A stretch of DNA of 63,947 nt, the filler included. It is 6 parts of 6 records of this genome, joined end to end, with 100 filler letters (N's around TTAATTAATTAA, not from the genome) between each part and the next. Parts side by side here need not be neighbours in the genome. Positions count along the whole stretch, not along the records: positions 19,136 to 27,102 come from DRR723986_6652; positions 27,203 to 49,367 come from DRR723986_6653; 4 more parts are not named here. The stretch is one strand, 5' to 3'. A program made the position numbers and the translations under genes. Under the pieces are notes generated by a model. That model had not been told where the DNA came from. It saw only the letters and a program-made list of their open reading frames with translations, and did not search any database. This document shows, piece after piece, positions 19,036-30,071 of the stretch. Every line of letters starts with the position of its first letter. The stretch's first letter is position 1.

Positions 19036-19135
19036 NNNNNNNNNNNNNNNNNNNNNNNNNNNNNNNNNNNNNNNNNNNNTTAATTAATTAANNNNNNNNN
19101 NNNNNNNNNNNNNNNNNNNNNNNNNNNNNNNNNNN
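19036..19135. other. Artificial contig spacer
   Basis: N run with TTAATTAATTAA. Confidence 0.99.
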
Positions 19136-19231
19136 GCCGTTGAAACCGACTACCACCGCGTCTCAAAAGAATAGTATCGCGAGCGGACTGGGTGCACAAA
19201 GTGTCACCGAACTAAGGAGACGCCCTGCCAG

Positions 19232-21229
19232 CTAGGACTGTTTGTCGGCACCGGTGTCGAGGACGGCCATGAAGGCTTTCTGAGGTATGTCGACCGAGCC
19301 AATGGACTTCATACGCTTCTTGCCTTCCTTCTGCTTGGCCCAAAGCTTCCGCTTTCGTGTGATGTCACCACCGTAGCACTTCGCAGTTACGTTCTTTCGA
19401 AGAGCAGGCTTGGTTTCGCGAGCGATGATGCGAGAACCAATCGCAGCCTGAACTGCCACTTCAAACATGTGGCGATCAATCTCTTCCTTGAGCTTCTTGA
19501 CCACCGCGCGTCCGCGGCGATCAGCGTCGCGGCGATCGCAAATAACACTCAAAGCATCGACGCGTTTTCCGTTCACCAGGATGTCAAGCCGCACGAGGTC
19601 GGCCGGCTCATACCCGATCAACTCGTAATCCATCGTCCCATAACCACGCGTTGCACTTTTCAGTTTGTCGTGCAAATCGTAAATCACTTCCGCCAGCGGT
19701 AGATCGTAGGTGATCATCGCCCGAGTTTGCGATATGTACTCGGTGCCGCGTTGGATGCCCCTTCGGTCTTGGCTAAGCTTCATCACTTGGCCAATCTGCT
19801 CATTGGGAACGACAAAATTGACACGTACAATCGGCTGCCGAAACTCGTCAATTTCCCCCGGATCGGGCACATCCTGCGGTTTATGTATCTCGATTTCCTG
19901 GCCGCGCGTGTTCGTGATGTAGTAGGTGACATTCGGAGCGGTTTGAACCAGGTCAACGTCGCATTCATCTTCAAGACGCTGCTGAATTATCTCCATGTGC
20001 AGAAGGCCCAGGAATCCGCATCGGAAACCAAACCCCAATGCCTCGCTTGTCTCGGGTGCAAATTCGAAACTCGGGTCATTGATACTCAGCTTCTCAAGTG
20101 CATCGCGGAGTTCTGAGAAGTCTTGCCCGTCACTGGGATACAGTCCGCAGTACACCATCCGCTTTGGTTCGACATACCCTTCAAGTGGCTCGGCTGGTTC
20201 ATTGACATTCTCAACGACTGTATCGCCAATCCGCACGTCCTGGAGTGATTTTATGTTGCAGATAAAGTAGCCAACTTGTCCCGCGCGAAGTCGCTCTGTT
20301 GCGACGCGTTTGGGTGTAAACTGACCAAGTTCGATTGCGTCGTAGTTCTTGCCGGCTCGAGCAAGGCGTACCTTCTGCCCCTTCTCAACGGTGCCATTCA
20401 TCAGCCTAGCGTAGGTGATTGCGCCGCGAAAATCGTCGTAGTGGGAATCGAACACCATCGCCTGAAGTGGGCCCTTAGGATCTCCCTTTGGTGGCGGGAT
20501 GCGGGTAATGATGGCGTCAAGCAATTCTTCGATGCCGATGCCCGCCTTGGCGCTACACTTGACGACTTCATCGGGATCAACGCCCAGCGACTGCTCCATC
20601 TCCTCGATCACTTCGTCGACACGAGCGTAGGTTAAGTCGATTTTGTTGATGACGGGAATGATCTTGAGGTCGTGCTCCATGGCGGCGTAAGCATTTGCAA
20701 CCGTCTGCGCCTCAACGCCTTGAAAAGCGTCCACCAGCAGCAAAGCTCCTTCGCAGCAACTCAGACTACGCGACACCTCATACTGAAAATCCACGTGGCC
20801 TGGCGTGTCGATCAAGTTCAGTTCGTATGTCTTGTGCTTGTGAACTGGATGCAAACTGACTGCTTTGGCCTTGATCGTAATGCCTCGCTGCCGCTCGAGG
20901 TCCATGTCATCGAGCAGTTGCGAGCGCATTTCGCGAGTGGAGACTGTTTGTGTCTGTTCAAGCAAGCGGTCGGCCAACGTGCTTTTGCCATGATCGATGT
21001 GGGCGATAATGCAAAAGTTGCGTATGCGAGACTGTTCTACTTCTTTACGTGGCTTATTCAGGACCGTTGCTCCGGGTTCAATTTTCCAATTTTCGCAGCC
21101 CTCGTGGCAGCACTGTCGGTCCAGCAAGCTGCGGCACCTCGACAGTGCTATCTCGACAGAGAGTTGGCCAATGAAGTGCCTCTTGCTTGTGCGTAAGGCA
21201 TCCACTGCCCAGGCCGACACGTGGATCAC
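19232..21229 (-). CDS. lepA: Elongation factor 4 (LepA); true start uncertain, recognisable homology begins near 21040
   Basis: IRNFCIIAHIDHGKSTLADR, RGITIK, DTPGHVDF, NKID, GFRCGFLGLLH, KCYGGDITRKRKL. Confidence 0.96.
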   Translation of the reverse strand: MIHVSAWAVDALRTSKRHFIGQLSVEIALSRCRSLLDRQCCHEGCENWKIEPGATVLNKPRKEVEQSRIRNFCIIAHIDHGKSTLADRLLEQTQTVSTREMRSQLLDDMDLERQRGITIKAKAVSLHPVHKHKTYELNLIDTPGHVDFQYEVSRSLSCCEGALLLVDAFQGVEAQTVANAYAAMEHDLKIIPVINKIDLTYARVDEVIEEMEQSLGVDPDEVVKCSAKAGIGIEELLDAIITRIPPPKGDPKGPLQAMVFDSHYDDFRGAITYARLMNGTVEKGQKVRLARAGKNYDAIELGQFTPKRVATERLRAGQVGYFICNIKSLQDVRIGDTVVENVNEPAEPLEGYVEPKRMVYCGLYPSDGQDFSELRDALEKLSINDPSFEFAPETSEALGFGFRCGFLGLLHMEIIQQRLEDECDVDLVQTAPNVTYYITNTRGQEIEIHKPQDVPDPGEIDEFRQPIVRVNFVVPNEQIGQVMKLSQDRRGIQRGTEYISQTRAMITYDLPLAEVIYDLHDKLKSATRGYGTMDYELIGYEPADLVRLDILVNGKRVDALSVICDRRDADRRGRAVVKKLKEEIDRHMFEVAVQAAIGSRIIARETKPALRKNVTAKCYGGDITRKRKLWAKQKEGKKRMKSIGSVDIPQKAFMAVLDTGADKQS

Positions 21230-21424
21230 AGGGGAAGTCGCCCGGCCTTACCAGCCAATTGGCGGGTTCTGTGAACGACACAGATCAATGTGTAAACTGC
21301 GTCGGTCCGCCGAATCGGACATTTTATCAGAAGCATGTAGAAAGCGTCGAGCGTTGTTTGGCTCGCTATCAACTGGCCGAGTCCCGCGTCGACCACAAAT
21401 ACACAATTAGGATCAATTCAAGCA

Positions 21425-22915
21425 ATGAGAATCAACAGGCTTCGACTTCCTTTGGCAATTGCCGCGATTTTGGTTTCCGCTTCCCCCGCATTGTCGCAGC
21501 GAAGTGTCGGCGAAGGGGATAAAGAGAGTGCGAAAAGCAATCAAAGACCAGCTATCGGCAAACTCTCAGATGACGCCTTTGCGGCGCTCGATCGTGCAAC
21601 TGTGGAAGGCGTAACGGCGACCGTTTCGTTTCTCGCTTCCGACGAACTACGCGGACGCCGCACCACGACTAAAGAGTTTGACATCGCCGCCGCTTACGTC
21701 GCATCGCGGCTTCAGGCAGCAGGAGCAGAGGGCATTGGCACTGGCGGCAGCTATTACGTCACCAGCGAAGTGGAGATGATTTTCGCGCCGACTGAATCTG
21801 CCAGTATGCAGTTGAGCTCTGGAGATGGCTCCCCCATTCGGATTGAAATGCTTTCCGGCGGCCCTGCCCCAATCAAATTCGAGGGGGAGGTTCCCGTTGT
21901 CCGATCGCTGAGCGACTCCGTTAAGGCTTCAGGGCCCGTTCTGGTCTCGCTGCCGGACGAACAGACCGCAGCATTGGCGAAGTCGCCGAGACTACTCGCG
22001 CAGATGAAAGCCTCGATGCGACGAGAGGGCGCAACAGCAGTGCTTATCGCAGCGAACGCAGAAAGCCCGCTATGGACGACCGCAGCCGTAAGACAGGATG
22101 AAGGGGAGTTGCAGCGTGAGGGGCAAGTCGCCATGCCGGTCGCCGTCGTCGAACTCGCAAAACAATCAGACACAGATGGCGACGAGACCTTCAACGCTCA
22201 ACTGACGTTGCCCAAGGCGGTTATTCGCAAGGCAGAAATGAGAAATGTGGCCGCAGTGATTCGAGGATCGGACTCCGCGAAGGCTGACGAGTGTGTGCTC
22301 TTTTCCGCGCACCTTGATCACCTAGGCGCGGCCGCCGGGGACGACTCAGAGGATCGAATCTACAACGGAGCGGACGACGACGCCACAGGTGTCACAGCAG
22401 TGCTCACGTTGGCCGACATGTTTGGTGCACTCAAGCAGAAACCCAAGCGAAGCGTCGTGTTCGTGACGTTCTGGGGTGAGGAAATGGGATTGCTTGGATC
22501 CAAGAAATTTGTTGAGGCACCACCCTGGCCGCTCGAAAAGACTGTCGCAAACGTCAACATCGAAATGATTGGCCGCCCCGAGGAGGGCGCCACGAACAAA
22601 GCATGGATGACCGGCTGGAAGCACTCTGATCTAGGCGAGCTGTTTCGTTTAGGAGCCCGTCGCGTCGCGATGGAAGTGTTTGACCACCAGCAGTTTGGCG
22701 AGATGCTTTACAAACGCAGCGATAACTGGGCCTTTGCTCAAGCTGGCGTAGTTGCCCACAGCTTCTCGGCCGGTTCGCTTCACAGCGATTACCACCAAGT
22801 TACCGATGAATGGGAAAAGCTGAATCTCCCGCACATGACCCAGGTGATTCGTGGTCTCTTCGCCGGGGCTCTGCCCATCGCCAACGCCGATGTGACACCA
22901 CAAGCTACGCAGTGA
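21425..22915 (+). CDS. Exported M28 family metallopeptidase
   Basis: Signal peptide; SAHLDHLG, NGADDDATG, GEEMGLLGS, NIEMIG, RSDN, YHQVTD. Confidence 0.9.
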   Translation: MRINRLRLPLAIAAILVSASPALSQRSVGEGDKESAKSNQRPAIGKLSDDAFAALDRATVEGVTATVSFLASDELRGRRTTTKEFDIAAAYVASRLQAAGAEGIGTGGSYYVTSEVEMIFAPTESASMQLSSGDGSPIRIEMLSGGPAPIKFEGEVPVVRSLSDSVKASGPVLVSLPDEQTAALAKSPRLLAQMKASMRREGATAVLIAANAESPLWTTAAVRQDEGELQREGQVAMPVAVVELAKQSDTDGDETFNAQLTLPKAVIRKAEMRNVAAVIRGSDSAKADECVLFSAHLDHLGAAAGDDSEDRIYNGADDDATGVTAVLTLADMFGALKQKPKRSVVFVTFWGEEMGLLGSKKFVEAPPWPLEKTVANVNIEMIGRPEEGATNKAWMTGWKHSDLGELFRLGARRVAMEVFDHQQFGEMLYKRSDNWAFAQAGVVAHSFSAGSLHSDYHQVTDEWEKLNLPHMTQVIRGLFAGALPIANADVTPQATQ

Positions 22916-23001
22916 CGCGACGGTTCGAACTCAACCTGTCGCGTCCACATAGGAGCGGCAGGTTGATGACAGTGGCAACCATTGCCCTACAGGATGATAG
23001 C

Positions 23002-24357
23002 CTAAACGGTAAGGCCGGTGAGCACGCCGTCTTTGCAGAAGTCTGGATTGCCATAGCTATCGACATCGAAGCCCATGGACTGGCAAACGCTCATGAGGAA
23101 GCGGTTGTGGTAAACTCCGCCACAATTCATTGCTCGGCCGGTCTTAAAGCCTAGGCCGCCACCAACCAACACGAAGGGGATGTTGTCTCGGGTGTGGGAG
23201 TTCCCCTTGCCGAGTTCGTTGGTCCACACAATTGTCGTGTTGTCCAACATGCTGCCTTCGCCACCTGGTTCGGGAATGCTGTTTAGTCGCTTCGCCAAGT
23301 AGGCAACTTGTTCGCAGTACCAAGTGTTGATCTTGATCAGTTTTTCGTAAGCATCCTCGTTGCTGTCTGGTTCGTGCGACAGTTCGTGGTGCCCCTCGTC
23401 GATTCCAAGCCAACGCATTCGTGGCTGCCCAACGCTGTTGGTGATTTGGAACGTCGCAACTCGAGCGAAATCAGCCGACAGGCTATGAACAAGCATGTCC
23501 ATCTGCATTCGGGTGATCAACGGAATGTTGTCATTTTGCTCTTCCACGTTCGGGGGCAGTTCGGGCGTGAGGTGTCCCATGTCCGGTTCATTCTTGCCGG
23601 CCGAAAGTTCTGTTTGCAATTCAACCTCGAGCTCACGCATCATCTGCATGTGGTTTTGCAGGATCTCTCGGTCCTCTGCTGAAACCATCCGTTCAACTCG
23701 TCGGAAGTCACCGAGCAGATCGTCAAGGACGCTGGAAAGCATCTCGCGATTCTTCGTTTGACCGTACAACTTTTCGAACATCTGGTAAGGGTTGTCGATC
23801 GGCGCGACCGGTTGATTGGGACCTGCGTAGGACATTCGCGTCCAGGTGTCGGCTCGTTCGGGCACCATAACGCCCATCTCCAAGGAGCCAAATCGTGTCT
23901 GGGTTTCGAGGTTCGCTTGAAGCTTATTCTTCAAGAATTGGTCAACAGAGATGCCCATCGACCAACCGGCGGGAGTATCGGAACCACCCTGAATGTCGCC
24001 AGGAAACAGCTCGATACCGGTTAGCAGACAGCCAATGCCACGCATGTGGCCATCGCCATCACCCTTGATGCGATTGTTCAACCCTTGAAGGGTTAGCACA
24101 TGATCTTTCACCGGTGCTAAGGGCTCAAGGATTCGCTTAAGCTGGGGGCTGTCACCAAGTTGATCTGGCCAAAAGTGCTTGGGGATGACGCCGTTGGGGC
24201 TAAACACAAAGATAAGTCGCTGCTTGCGCTGCGGCGCTGCTGGAGCAGCAACGACACCTCCGCTGGCCAAGCTCGGCAAGTTCATCATCACATTGGCTGC
24301 AGCCGCGCTGACGCCTAAGTCGCGAAGAAACTTTCGTCGTGTTGAAAAATTAGCCAT
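23002..24357 (-). CDS. DUF1552 (HXXSHH-type) protein with a Tat-like leader
   Basis: [30 protein letters not shown]...NELGKGNSH. Confidence 0.88.
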   Translation of the reverse strand: MANFSTRRKFLRDLGVSAAAANVMMNLPSLASGGVVAAPAAPQRKQRLIFVFSPNGVIPKHFWPDQLGDSPQLKRILEPLAPVKDHVLTLQGLNNRIKGDGDGHMRGIGCLLTGIELFPGDIQGGSDTPAGWSMGISVDQFLKNKLQANLETQTRFGSLEMGVMVPERADTWTRMSYAGPNQPVAPIDNPYQMFEKLYGQTKNREMLSSVLDDLLGDFRRVERMVSAEDREILQNHMQMMRELEVELQTELSAGKNEPDMGHLTPELPPNVEEQNDNIPLITRMQMDMLVHSLSADFARVATFQITNSVGQPRMRWLGIDEGHHELSHEPDSNEDAYEKLIKINTWYCEQVAYLAKRLNSIPEPGGEGSMLDNTTIVWTNELGKGNSHTRDNIPFVLVGGGLGFKTGRAMNCGGVYHNRFLMSVCQSMGFDVDSYGNPDFCKDGVLTGLTV

Positions 24358-24472
24358 CTCGGATTCTCAGTGGTTGGTAGGGTTGGCAATGCCAGTTGTG
24401 GTGGGATTCTTGCCACTCGCTATTGGCGGGCAGAATTTTGGTTGTGGTGGCACATAACGCCCGAAGACGTCA

Positions 24473-26893
24473 CTATTTGCCGGGCGGGGCAGTGCTGTTT
24501 GCAATTTCAGGTTGGTTTCTACTTGCAGCATGCAGGGCGGCCAAGACGGTAATGTCCTCGACGAGCCTCTGCATATTATATCCGCTTTTGACAAACTGGT
24601 CCGTTAGTTGATCTAGCGTCTCCGGTCCAAAAGCCGCTGGCGGCTGTTTCACCAAGTGTTGAAAGGCTTTTCGGACGATTGAAACATGCGTGTCGCGGCT
24701 GTTGGCTAAGAACTCAGCCAAATCCTTGTAATCGGCAAATTTTACCGTATCGCCACTCCTAGTAACATACGAACCAGAGCTATCGATCGCCTTGCTCCGC
24801 TCTTGAGTCTGGAATCGCCCCATCGCGTCAAAGTTCTCGAGGGCAAAACCGAGTGCGTTAATCTTGCTATGGCACACCTGGCATGCTTCGGGGCTTGTCT
24901 GCAGAGCGACCCGCTGCCGGGTGGTCAAATCAGGATGCAAATCGGGGCTCAATGGCGTGAAAGCATCATTCGGTGGCCGCAAGGTTCTGCCGAGGACATG
25001 GCGGATCAAAAATACACCGCGGTGAATCGGCGATGTACTATCGTGGTAAGCCAGCCCGCTGAGCAGATAGGGGTGAGTCAGAATGCCTCGGTGTTTTTCA
25101 ACCGGCTTCGTCCGTACCAAAGCGCCCTTGCGACTATCCGACTTCGAGTCTTGCTCGGTCTTCTCGACAGGCGCCCAAGCATCCCCAAGTGCTGCTTCAA
25201 GCGAGGCGGATGTGAAACTCCAGTCGGCCAAGAAAAGCTCCCGGAAGTCGCTGTCGTCGCTCCAGACGACTTCGTCAATGAACGTGTCCAGAGATCGCCG
25301 CATGGTATCGAACAACTCCGGTGAGAATTCACTGAATTGTTCCTCGTCCTTGGTTACTTCCCCAAGATGGCTTACATTCAGCCACTCGTGCATCAGGGAA
25401 GCGACTTTGGCGCGGAGCCGAGCGTCCTTCATCCTCCCCCGAACGAAGCTGCGAATCTCAGATTCAGTTGCCAGTTTGCCGGACTCAGCCAGCTTAACCA
25501 AACTCGTGTCCGTCGGAACGGAATCGAACATCGTGAGCGCAATTTGGTTCGCCGCTCTTTGCGATGGCGATCGATGCATGTCCAAGCCGGGGTACAGAAA
25601 TCTTGGGGATTTGAGCCCAACCAGCAGAACACGCTTGATAGCTTCGCGATCGTCCGGCTCGGCATCGACCTGCTTGTCCACGATCTGCGAACGAGTTGCC
25701 TCGTCAAGATCGCCGCGGAAGGCAGTCTTCAACAACCCAGCCAAGAAATCCTTGAGCTTCGACCGGCCGTTGTCGGGTTCTTTGCGGTGCCGCCGTTGAT
25801 AATCGGCCCAAAGCTCTTCGAACGCGATATCAGCGAATTCCAATGCGGCCTTCGTTGTCGATTCGTCCCAAGCCCTGTTTACACTCAGCCCACGTTCAAA
25901 TCCGTAGCTGCGATCGTCGGGCGGCAATTCAGACTGCACTGCAAACGCAGCCGGGTAACCCGTGGGAATCAGATTGCGAGCCGGGATGACTTGCTCGACG
26001 CCGCCTGGGGGCACCCACTTTAGACTAATTCTGGCCGGTGGAATCTCGGTCTTCCGCTTCCGCTGGATGAACTCAATTGAAAATGGATAAACACGACCAC
26101 CGGTCAAATGCAGTGTTCTACGGAACTCAGTCTTATCCCCGGACTGGACATGGTTATTGATCAGCTCTCGCCTTGAGTGTCCGAACTTCATCACGAAGGA
26201 GCATGAGCTATCAACGACGATCTCGTACCGGCCACTGTCCTGTGCATAAAGACCACCTTCCCAGTGGATGTAAAATGCCTCCGGCTTGATACCTTCTCCA
26301 GGACTGCCACGACCGAAGTCGAAATCGATGGCTGGATCGGTCCGCTCTATCTTGATCTTGTCCTTCTTCCAACGATCGCCGTCAAAGTAGGTTGCTTCAA
26401 CGCCACGCTCTTTCGGCAAGGAGAAATTTTGCCAGTTGTGCGTCGTGTAGATATCCGCCAAGCTCTGACGCAGTTGTTCACCGGTCAGTCTGGCAAGCCG
26501 GACTTGAGGTGGACGATTGCGCACGCGAGCGGCTTCGCTATAGAAACTGTAGTGGACATATTCGGCCACTGCCGCCGCATCTTCGCCAGCGCACAACTCC
26601 GGTTCACCCTCGGGCATTGTTCCGTCGATCACATCGGCGAGCTGACCAATCGAGTCGTCGCCAAACAGTGGTTCTTCGTAGGCTCCTTCAACGCCTTCGC
26701 CGGCCTTACCATGGCAATCGGCACACTGTTGACGGTAGATTTTTTCGCCTCGCGCCCGTAGCTCTTCAGAACTGCCGGCGGCCGATTGTTGCGACTCAGC
26801 ATTCTCATCGGCCCGAACGGAGGGCAGACTGCTCGGGAGCATGCACGTGGAAAAACAGAGTGCGACAATCGCACGACAACTTGCATTATTCAT
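24473..26893 (-). CDS. DUF1592/DUF1588/DUF1585 protein with cytochrome c and PA14 domains
   Basis: Signal peptide; CADCH; PA14-like IDFDFGRGSP...FYIHWEG; SPRFLY; TSPIHRG; CQVCH; GFALENFDAMGRF. Confidence 0.88.
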   Translation of the reverse strand: MNNASCRAIVALCFSTCMLPSSLPSVRADENAESQQSAAGSSEELRARGEKIYRQQCADCHGKAGEGVEGAYEEPLFGDDSIGQLADVIDGTMPEGEPELCAGEDAAAVAEYVHYSFYSEAARVRNRPPQVRLARLTGEQLRQSLADIYTTHNWQNFSLPKERGVEATYFDGDRWKKDKIKIERTDPAIDFDFGRGSPGEGIKPEAFYIHWEGGLYAQDSGRYEIVVDSSCSFVMKFGHSRRELINNHVQSGDKTEFRRTLHLTGGRVYPFSIEFIQRKRKTEIPPARISLKWVPPGGVEQVIPARNLIPTGYPAAFAVQSELPPDDRSYGFERGLSVNRAWDESTTKAALEFADIAFEELWADYQRRHRKEPDNGRSKLKDFLAGLLKTAFRGDLDEATRSQIVDKQVDAEPDDREAIKRVLLVGLKSPRFLYPGLDMHRSPSQRAANQIALTMFDSVPTDTSLVKLAESGKLATESEIRSFVRGRMKDARLRAKVASLMHEWLNVSHLGEVTKDEEQFSEFSPELFDTMRRSLDTFIDEVVWSDDSDFRELFLADWSFTSASLEAALGDAWAPVEKTEQDSKSDSRKGALVRTKPVEKHRGILTHPYLLSGLAYHDSTSPIHRGVFLIRHVLGRTLRPPNDAFTPLSPDLHPDLTTRQRVALQTSPEACQVCHSKINALGFALENFDAMGRFQTQERSKAIDSSGSYVTRSGDTVKFADYKDLAEFLANSRDTHVSIVRKAFQHLVKQPPAAFGPETLDQLTDQFVKSGYNMQRLVEDITVLAALHAASRNQPEIANSTAPPGK

Positions 26894-27102
26894 GGCAGAC
26901 CGCTTTCGAAAACATCTTCGAAAGTTAGTGATGTCGCTGTCTTCCGAGCCAGGAGGGCGTACGCTCGACGACCAATTGGTGCGACATTTGGGAGGGATTC
27001 AATTGTAGGAGGGCATCCGTCTGCAAACGGATCGCACTCAATTATACCCCTTTCGGCAGTCCTATTCCACAGCGAATCGCGTTCCTTCCGAATCGCGTTC
27101 CT

Positions 27103-27202
27103 NNNNNNNNNNNNNNNNNNNNNNNNNNNNNNNNNNNNNNNNNNNNTTAATTAATTAANNNNNNNNNNNNNNNNNNNNNNNNNNNNNNNNNNNNNNNNNN
27201 NN
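27103..27202. other. Artificial contig spacer
   Basis: N run with TTAATTAATTAA. Confidence 0.99.
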
Positions 27203-27246
27203 GACGTGCCGAATAGACGTGCCGAATAGACGATTGGCTAAACGCC

Positions 27247-27807
27247 TTACTTCTTGCACAGACTCGCTACTTTGCACACCGCACAGCCGCCCTTGGATGA
27301 GCAACCATTGACGGCCTTTTCCGTTCCACAGCCTGGGCCACAGCCATGCTCTAGCAACTGAGCGAATTCGCTTTCCCGGATTTCGGACTCGTAAGCTTCC
27401 ACCAGTGAATCCAGGATTGGGTCCATCTCTGGAACCGACTCTTCCAAGAAATGGAAATACAAGGTGCGGCCATCCATCAGCGGCTCCACCTCGAGCAACG
27501 TCGCGGCGATTCCACGCTGGTCGATGATGTGCTGGCACTGTGCGAGGGTTGATTCGGCCATACTCCGCAGGTGGCCCCACAGGAGTTCGTCCTCGGCAGC
27601 AAACTTGCGGATGATTCGCCCGTCAGCCAACGACTGACTGGAATGACTGACCGACAAAATACGGCCAACTTCGATCCCCCGAGACGTACGGCACACAACA
27701 CGATCGCCCCGCCGAAGCACCATTGGCTCTGCCGGCGCAAAACGACCGACCTGGGACACCAACCCCACCTGGACGATCAGTAGCTGGGAATTTTCAGTAT
27801 CCAACAT
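27247..27807 (-). CDS. PSP1/RicT(YaaT)-like protein with a Cys-rich C-terminus
   Basis: GDRVVCRTSRGIEVGRIL; LLEVEPLMDGRTLYFHF; tail GCGPGCGT...GCSSKGGCAVCKVASLC. Confidence 0.7.
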   Translation of the reverse strand: MLDTENSQLLIVQVGLVSQVGRFAPAEPMVLRRGDRVVCRTSRGIEVGRILSVSHSSQSLADGRIIRKFAAEDELLWGHLRSMAESTLAQCQHIIDQRGIAATLLEVEPLMDGRTLYFHFLEESVPEMDPILDSLVEAYESEIRESEFAQLLEHGCGPGCGTEKAVNGCSSKGGCAVCKVASLCKK

Positions 27808-28079
27808 GCTACGTGCCTTCAGAAAAATACCTGTCGAGAAGTTGCCCGGTGCCCCAGCGGTGTCAAATCCATCCCGCTGGACGAACCAATGGAGCAGCTT
27901 CAAGGCCAGCCCGCTTTTGGTCGTCTTCAGTCAAATAGGGCGACTTGGTAACATGGGACTTGGTTTATGATTGACGTTCCAAACTACATTTGAGCCGAAC
28001 AAGAATACTCTTCATCGATGCCACCGCGATACAACGGCAGACTCGATTCCCGGCTCAGTCGAATAAGATAGCAGATCAC

Positions 28080-29099
28080 ATGATACTCCAAACCGCCGCG
28101 AAGCCGCCCGTCGCCCACTGGAATGAGCTCGCGCAACGCGTCCTGGACGGATACGCGATCTCTGAGAAAGAAGCAGAAGAGATCCTTGAAGTAGCTGATG
28201 AAGATGTGATTCACATCGTTTCAGCCGCATTTCAGCTACGGCAGAAGCACTTTGGCAAAACCGTGCAACTGTATTTCCTGGTAAATGCAAAAAGCGGCCT
28301 ATGCCCAGAAGACTGCGGTTACTGTTCACAGTCCAAGTTGTCGTCGGCCCCGATCGATAAATATCGAATGCTCTCGGCTGACCAACTGCTAGATGGAGCC
28401 AGGGAAGCAGCCGAACGGCAGAGCAAGACCTACTGCATCGTCATCAGCGGTCGTGCACCCAGCGAACGAGAAATGAAAGCGGTGGAAATGGTCGTGCCGC
28501 AAGTCAAGGAAAAGTTCGACCTCAAGGTCTGCGCCTGCCTTGGCCTGCTGAGCCCAGAAAATGCCGAACGACTCAAGCAGTGCGGTGTCGACCGAGTGAA
28601 CCACAACTTGAACACCGGAAAAGATCACTACGACAAAATCTGCTCGACGCACAGTTACGAAGACCGAATGGACACCCTCCGCAATGTCCGCAAAGCAGGC
28701 TTGGAAATCTGCAGCGGCGGCATCATTGGAATGGGTGAGTCTCGAGCGGACCTCGTCCAGATGGCAACCGAATTACGTGAACTGAAGGCAGAATCCATTC
28801 CGCTAAACTTCTTGCACGCAATTGAAGGGACGCCACTGGAAGGCCAGAGCCCGCTGACGCCTCACGATTGCTTGCGAGCACTCTGCATGATGCGATTTGT
28901 TAATCCGTCCAGTGAACTCCGCATCGCTGGTGGCCGGGAGAAGCACCTTCGCTCACTGCAGCCACTGAGCTTGTATGTTGCCAACAGCCTGTTTGTTGGT
29001 GACTACCTGACGACAAAGGGGCAAGCACCAGAGTCAGACTATCAAATGATCCGAGATATGGGTTTTGAAGTTACGACCTGTGAAACGACTGCCGAGTAG
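28080..29099 (+). CDS. bioB: Biotin synthase (radical SAM)
   Basis: KSGLCPEDCGYCSQS, NHNLNT, CSGGIIGMGE, RIAGGRE, ANSLFVGDYLTT. Confidence 0.95.
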   Translation: MILQTAAKPPVAHWNELAQRVLDGYAISEKEAEEILEVADEDVIHIVSAAFQLRQKHFGKTVQLYFLVNAKSGLCPEDCGYCSQSKLSSAPIDKYRMLSADQLLDGAREAAERQSKTYCIVISGRAPSEREMKAVEMVVPQVKEKFDLKVCACLGLLSPENAERLKQCGVDRVNHNLNTGKDHYDKICSTHSYEDRMDTLRNVRKAGLEICSGGIIGMGESRADLVQMATELRELKAESIPLNFLHAIEGTPLEGQSPLTPHDCLRALCMMRFVNPSSELRIAGGREKHLRSLQPLSLYVANSLFVGDYLTTKGQAPESDYQMIRDMGFEVTTCETTAE

Positions 29100-29105
29100 A
29101 CAGCC

Positions 29106-30071
29106 ATGAAGCTATGCCGCTTCCTTCATCACGATCGCGTCCGTTGTGGCTTTTATAGTGAAAAGACTGTCATTCCTATCGACGACGTAGCGGCAGTGAT
29201 GGGCGAAAAGTCTATTGCTGATGCCGTCTATGCTGGCGAGCTGGAGAACCTGTTGCCCACCGACGGTCCCGGCTGGCTAGGCCTCTTGGATATGTTCACT
29301 GAATGGCAGCAGAGCTCCGCGCTGGCTGCAGGACTGGTTGATGCCCGAATCGCAACCGACGATGTAACTCTTCTCCCGCCGATCGCCCGCCCGCCGAAAC
29401 TACTGATGCTGGCGGGCAACTATGCAGAACATGTCCTTGAACAGGGGGACCGATCCGAGGAGGCGCAGAATACGTTTCCGTATGTCTTCATGAAGCCTCC
29501 TTCGACGACACTAGCTGGGCACAAGGGAATCTTCAGGCTTCCGCGTAACGATGACGGTTGTGAGGCAGAAAGGCTTGACCACGAGATTGAATTAGCAGCA
29601 ATCATCGGACAGCCGCTGCAAGACGCTTCGGCCGAACAAGCCACCGATGCAATAATGGGCTATACGATCGTCAACGACATTTCGGACCGTGGTTTTCGCC
29701 CGAACAAGAATCGCATCGAGCGCCCTCGTGATAAATTCTTTGACTGGCTGCATGGCAAGTGGCACAACGATTCATGCCCTTGTGGTCCGTGCGTAGTAAC
29801 TGCCGATGAAATCGCGAACCCTCAGAACCTTACAATGACTTTGACGGTCGACGGCGAGACACGTCAGTCGGGCAGCACTTCTGATCAAGTTTTTACAGTA
29901 GCAGAGGCGGTTGCTTTCATCTCGCGGTGGGTAAAGCTTGAGCCAGGCGACATCATCTCGACAGGCACACCGAAGGGCGTAGGAAACGCAACGGGTAATT
30001 ACCTGCGAGCCGGACAGAAGGTCAAGTGCACCATTAAGCAAATCGGTACGCTCGAGACAACGATCAATTAG
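29106..30071 (+). CDS. Fumarylacetoacetate hydrolase family protein
   Basis: GNYAEH, FMKP, DHEIEL, NDISDR, GDIISTGTP. Confidence 0.92.
   Translation: MKLCRFLHHDRVRCGFYSEKTVIPIDDVAAVMGEKSIADAVYAGELENLLPTDGPGWLGLLDMFTEWQQSSALAAGLVDARIATDDVTLLPPIARPPKLLMLAGNYAEHVLEQGDRSEEAQNTFPYVFMKPPSTTLAGHKGIFRLPRNDDGCEAERLDHEIELAAIIGQPLQDASAEQATDAIMGYTIVNDISDRGFRPNKNRIERPRDKFFDWLHGKWHNDSCPCGPCVVTADEIANPQNLTMTLTVDGETRQSGSTSDQVFTVAEAVAFISRWVKLEPGDIISTGTPKGVGNATGNYLRAGQKVKCTIKQIGTLETTIN

Noticed and set aside
21062-21229. N-terminal extension of LepA
   Set aside because: No recognisable homology; probably an artefact of taking the furthest upstream start. The true start is unresolved.
27073-27232. Repeats flanking the spacer (CGAATCGCGTTCCT twice; GACGTGCCGAATA twice) as CRISPR or att sites
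   Set aside because: The two motifs are unrelated, directly tandem, lack spacers and cas genes, and are best explained as repeats at assembly breakpoints.
27940-27985. BirA-type operator upstream of bioB
   Set aside because: No convincing TGTAAAC-N14-16-GTTTACA palindrome.
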